64,000 nt of DNA from Camelus dromedarius (lineage: Eukaryota). The position numbers were made by a program, and so were the translations under genes. This document shows, piece after piece, positions 61,387 through 64,000 of this stretch. The notes beneath the pieces are model-generated. The model was not told the origin of the DNA and made no database searches. It saw nothing but the letters and a program-made list of their open reading frames with translations. The DNA is taken from positions 77,066,001 to 77,130,000 of the forward strand of contig NC_087444.1 of assembly GCF_036321535.1 (NCBI RefSeq). The letters run 5' to 3'. Within the stretch, counting starts at the first letter, position 1. Each line of letters opens with the position of its first letter.

Positions 61387-63403
61387 TCAGTGAGCGAGGT
61401 GGGGTTCCTGCCGGCGGGGGCGCCGGGCCAGCTGGGGGTTGAACTGAGAGTTGTACCGCCTCCGCCGGTCATCCACCTCTTCTTCCGCCTGGTGCTCCGG
61501 GGCCACCGTGCCTCTGACCTGGGCCAGCAGGGCCTCTGCCCGAGCCCTCTCGGCTGCTTCCCGCCGGAGACGTTCAGCTCGAAGCTGGTCCAGGGACGGG
61601 GGTCTGGAGAGAGAGGAGAGATGGTTCAGGAAACTGTTCGCCCCAGGAGGCCCCAGCCTCCTCTGTGAGGGAGCTGCCACCTGGAACCTCCTGCCTGTGT
61701 CTGTCGTGAGGCCAAGGGAGAGGAGGAGACTGGTGCTGGGGCCAGGAAGCTGGCCTCACCACCTCTACAAGTGGGTGCCCCTCCACCGTTAATCAGCTGT
61801 CTGACACTGAGCACACCCTGGCCCTCTGTTTCCTCTTCTGTAGAAGATACTGGCCAGTACAACCAGTCTACACTCAGGTGCCTGGCATCTTAGGGACACA
61901 AACCTGCTTTTACTCCAACCCCATGGTTCCTAACCCTGGTCTCAAACTGAACCTCAGAGAGCTTTTGTTTTAGTGGGTTTTATCTGTTAGTATCTAATAT
62001 GAGATGGAAATGAGAAACCCTAACACGAGTGTACGTTCCACTAACCATGAGAGCCGCGGTGCCTTCTATCAGCCTCTGGAAGCCCCGAGAACAAGAGTGA
62101 AAAAGGTGTATGGTGTTATGAAAATTAGCTTGACTTTGCAGACCCAACCCCAAAGGGGTGTCAGGACCCCTAGGGTCCCTAGACCACATGTTGAGAACAC
62201 GTCTCTAGTCCCTGATGCAGACCCTAGACCCCGTGCCCTGCTGTCCCAGTGAGCTTCCCTGGTGGCCTCGTGGCTGCAGCCAAGCCCCAGGCCAGCCTCC
62301 TTACTCCTTGGGTCGTCGTTTCTCAGGCTCTTCCTTCTTTTCCTTTCTGCCGTCACTGCCATCATCACCACTGCGCTTCCTCTTCTTCCCCAAATGCTTC
62401 TGCATCTCCTGCAGAGGGTCCAGGCGGTTCTTGACCTTCTCATCTGGTCCTGGACCAGGGGGAGGGCCCCCTCGCCCTGGGGGGAGCTGGTACCAAGGGG
62501 GCTGAGTCTGGGCTTCTGCTGCACTCTGGCCCAGGTACGTCAGGATGCCCAAGGCTTTCTCCTGCCTCTCCTGAGGGGAACAGGAGATGTGAAAATGAGA
62601 ACGTCAAATGTGTCTCCTCCTGGGGGGAAACAGGGACAGCCAAGGCTCCCAAGGAGGCAGAACCAGTCACTCAGCCAATAGGCCTGTCATGAGCCAACTC
62701 TGCCAGGTGCTGGGGCCGCAACAGACCAGTAATAGACCAGAGTCGGGCTTCTGCCCTGGGGGCGCATGGGCAGCTCCAGCAGCAGAAAGCACAGGAAGAG
62801 GGGACACGGTGGAGCTGCTTTAGGTTAGGGTTCAAAGGTAGGCATCTTTGGGGAGATAACTGAAAAGAAACCTGAAAGAAGCAGCAAGGCAGAGGAGTGA
62901 CTGAGGCGGGGAAGCAAGGTCAGAGTCTGAAGGGAAATTCCTGAGAGATGAGTGACTGGATCTGATTTATATTTAAAAAGCTCCTCAGCACTTCCAGGAT
63001 CCCTATTGTAGGGTCAGGTTAGAGACCTGGCGGGTCTGTACCTAGCAGCCAGCAATAACCCACACTTTTGAGTGCTATGTTTCAGTACTGTTCTGAGTGC
63101 TGTTAACTCATTTAATCCTCGCCGTTATCCCTGAACACTCCTCTGAGTCACACCTGAGGGCAAGGTGCTCCCCAACCCCCAGCTGCACCCACAACTCGAA
63201 TGAAGAGGGCAAGACCCACTTACCTTCTCTCGTCGCTTTTCTTCCTCATACTCTTTGTTGCCTCTGGTCACCCCTTTCCCTTCCTCCAGCAGCTCCCGAA
63301 ACAGATCCACAGGGCCAGAGGCTGGGACTCCGGCTTCTGCTGCTTCGAGCTCAGGTAGTGAGCTCTGCTGCCTCGCTTTCTTCCTTAAGAATTCTGTGCG
63401 GGC
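61387..63403 (-). CDS. LENG1: Leukocyte receptor cluster member 1, coding exons 2-4 (exon 1 outside window)
   Basis: Exons on minus strand: 63224-63403 ([12 protein letters not shown]...[13 protein letters not shown]), 62305-62570 ([28 protein letters not shown]...[10 protein letters not shown]), 61387-61603 ([15 protein letters not shown]...[15 protein letters not shown]...HLAH*); phases 0/0, 0/2, 2/stop are consistent. Confidence 0.96.
61915..62190. mobile_element. hAT-type DNA transposon relic in LENG1 intron 3
   Basis: tatgaaaattagcttgactttgcagaccc...gacccctagggtccctagaccacatgttgagaac terminal pattern; family not resolved. Confidence 0.45.
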
Positions 63404-64000
63404 CTCGGGGGAAAGGAAGTTACAGGCAGAACATTCAGAACCTAGATGTGATTCAAGGAACCAGGACTCTGGTGCTGACCACAGGAAATCACAGATCATG
63501 GTGCTGGACGCTGTAAGGAAGGGAGCAGGAGCCCTGCGCGCCTAAAAGAGGCATCTGTCCCAGCCCGGGGAGGGGTGGAGGAATGAGGTAACACCTGGGT
63601 TTGTAAGCTACCTTTCAAACAGTAAACCAGAGGGGTTCCCAACCTCGGGAGACTAAGCAATAAAAGCAGGTAATGAAGGCAGCCACAGCATGTATTAGAA
63701 CAGGTGATCCGAATTCCAAGTCGGGCTCCAAGTCATCCCCAGTTGATTTGTAATTTCTACTGATAAATGTGAATTTAAAAAGACCCAACTATTTCCCAGT
63801 CAGTGTTGACGATCAGATTAGCTAAAGGACTAGAAACTAGGTGTAAACCAAACAGGTTACGAGTTATAAAGAGAGCCTCTGGTGTTTGTGTGTGGGCAGC
63901 GGTGCAGGCAAAAGGCTAGCCCGATGGAGCGGATTTTGCTTTCCACTGTCATTTCGCTGTTGTTTCCTCTCTGAAACCATCTCACGTCTCGGCACAATGG

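Overview
Mammalian genomic DNA from the gene-dense flank of the leukocyte receptor complex, syntenic with human 19q13.42. The host is most likely a camelid, inferred from six copies of a tRNA-Ala-derived Vic-1-type SINE. Genes in order: OSCAR (-), NDUFA3 (+), TFPT (-), PRPF31 (+), CNOT3 (+) and the 3' three coding exons of LENG1 (-). I rebuilt the exon structures by hand from GT/AG boundaries, and the reading frames close: OSCAR 262 aa, NDUFA3 84 aa, TFPT 253 aa, PRPF31 499 aa and CNOT3 753 aa. The last two totals assume orthologue-length exons under N-runs. Bases 1-12 kb are a repeat-rich intergenic region (L1, MLT1, MER21, MIR, SINE). Twelve N-runs behave like length-preserving masks and hide PRPF31 exons 8 and 13 and parts of CNOT3 exons 1, 16 and 18. 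Most ORFs in the six-frame track are spurious GC-rich or intronic frames. No prokaryotic-type system is present and I cannot confidently claim an undescribed system. The best leads are possible relic Ig-receptor exons at 9.6 and 10.4 kb, MSR1-like minisatellite relics (including one upstream of PRPF31), a nine-site CCAAT array and a uORF at CNOT3, a candidate truncating alternative exon in CNOT3 intron 13, and unusual OSCAR substitutions.
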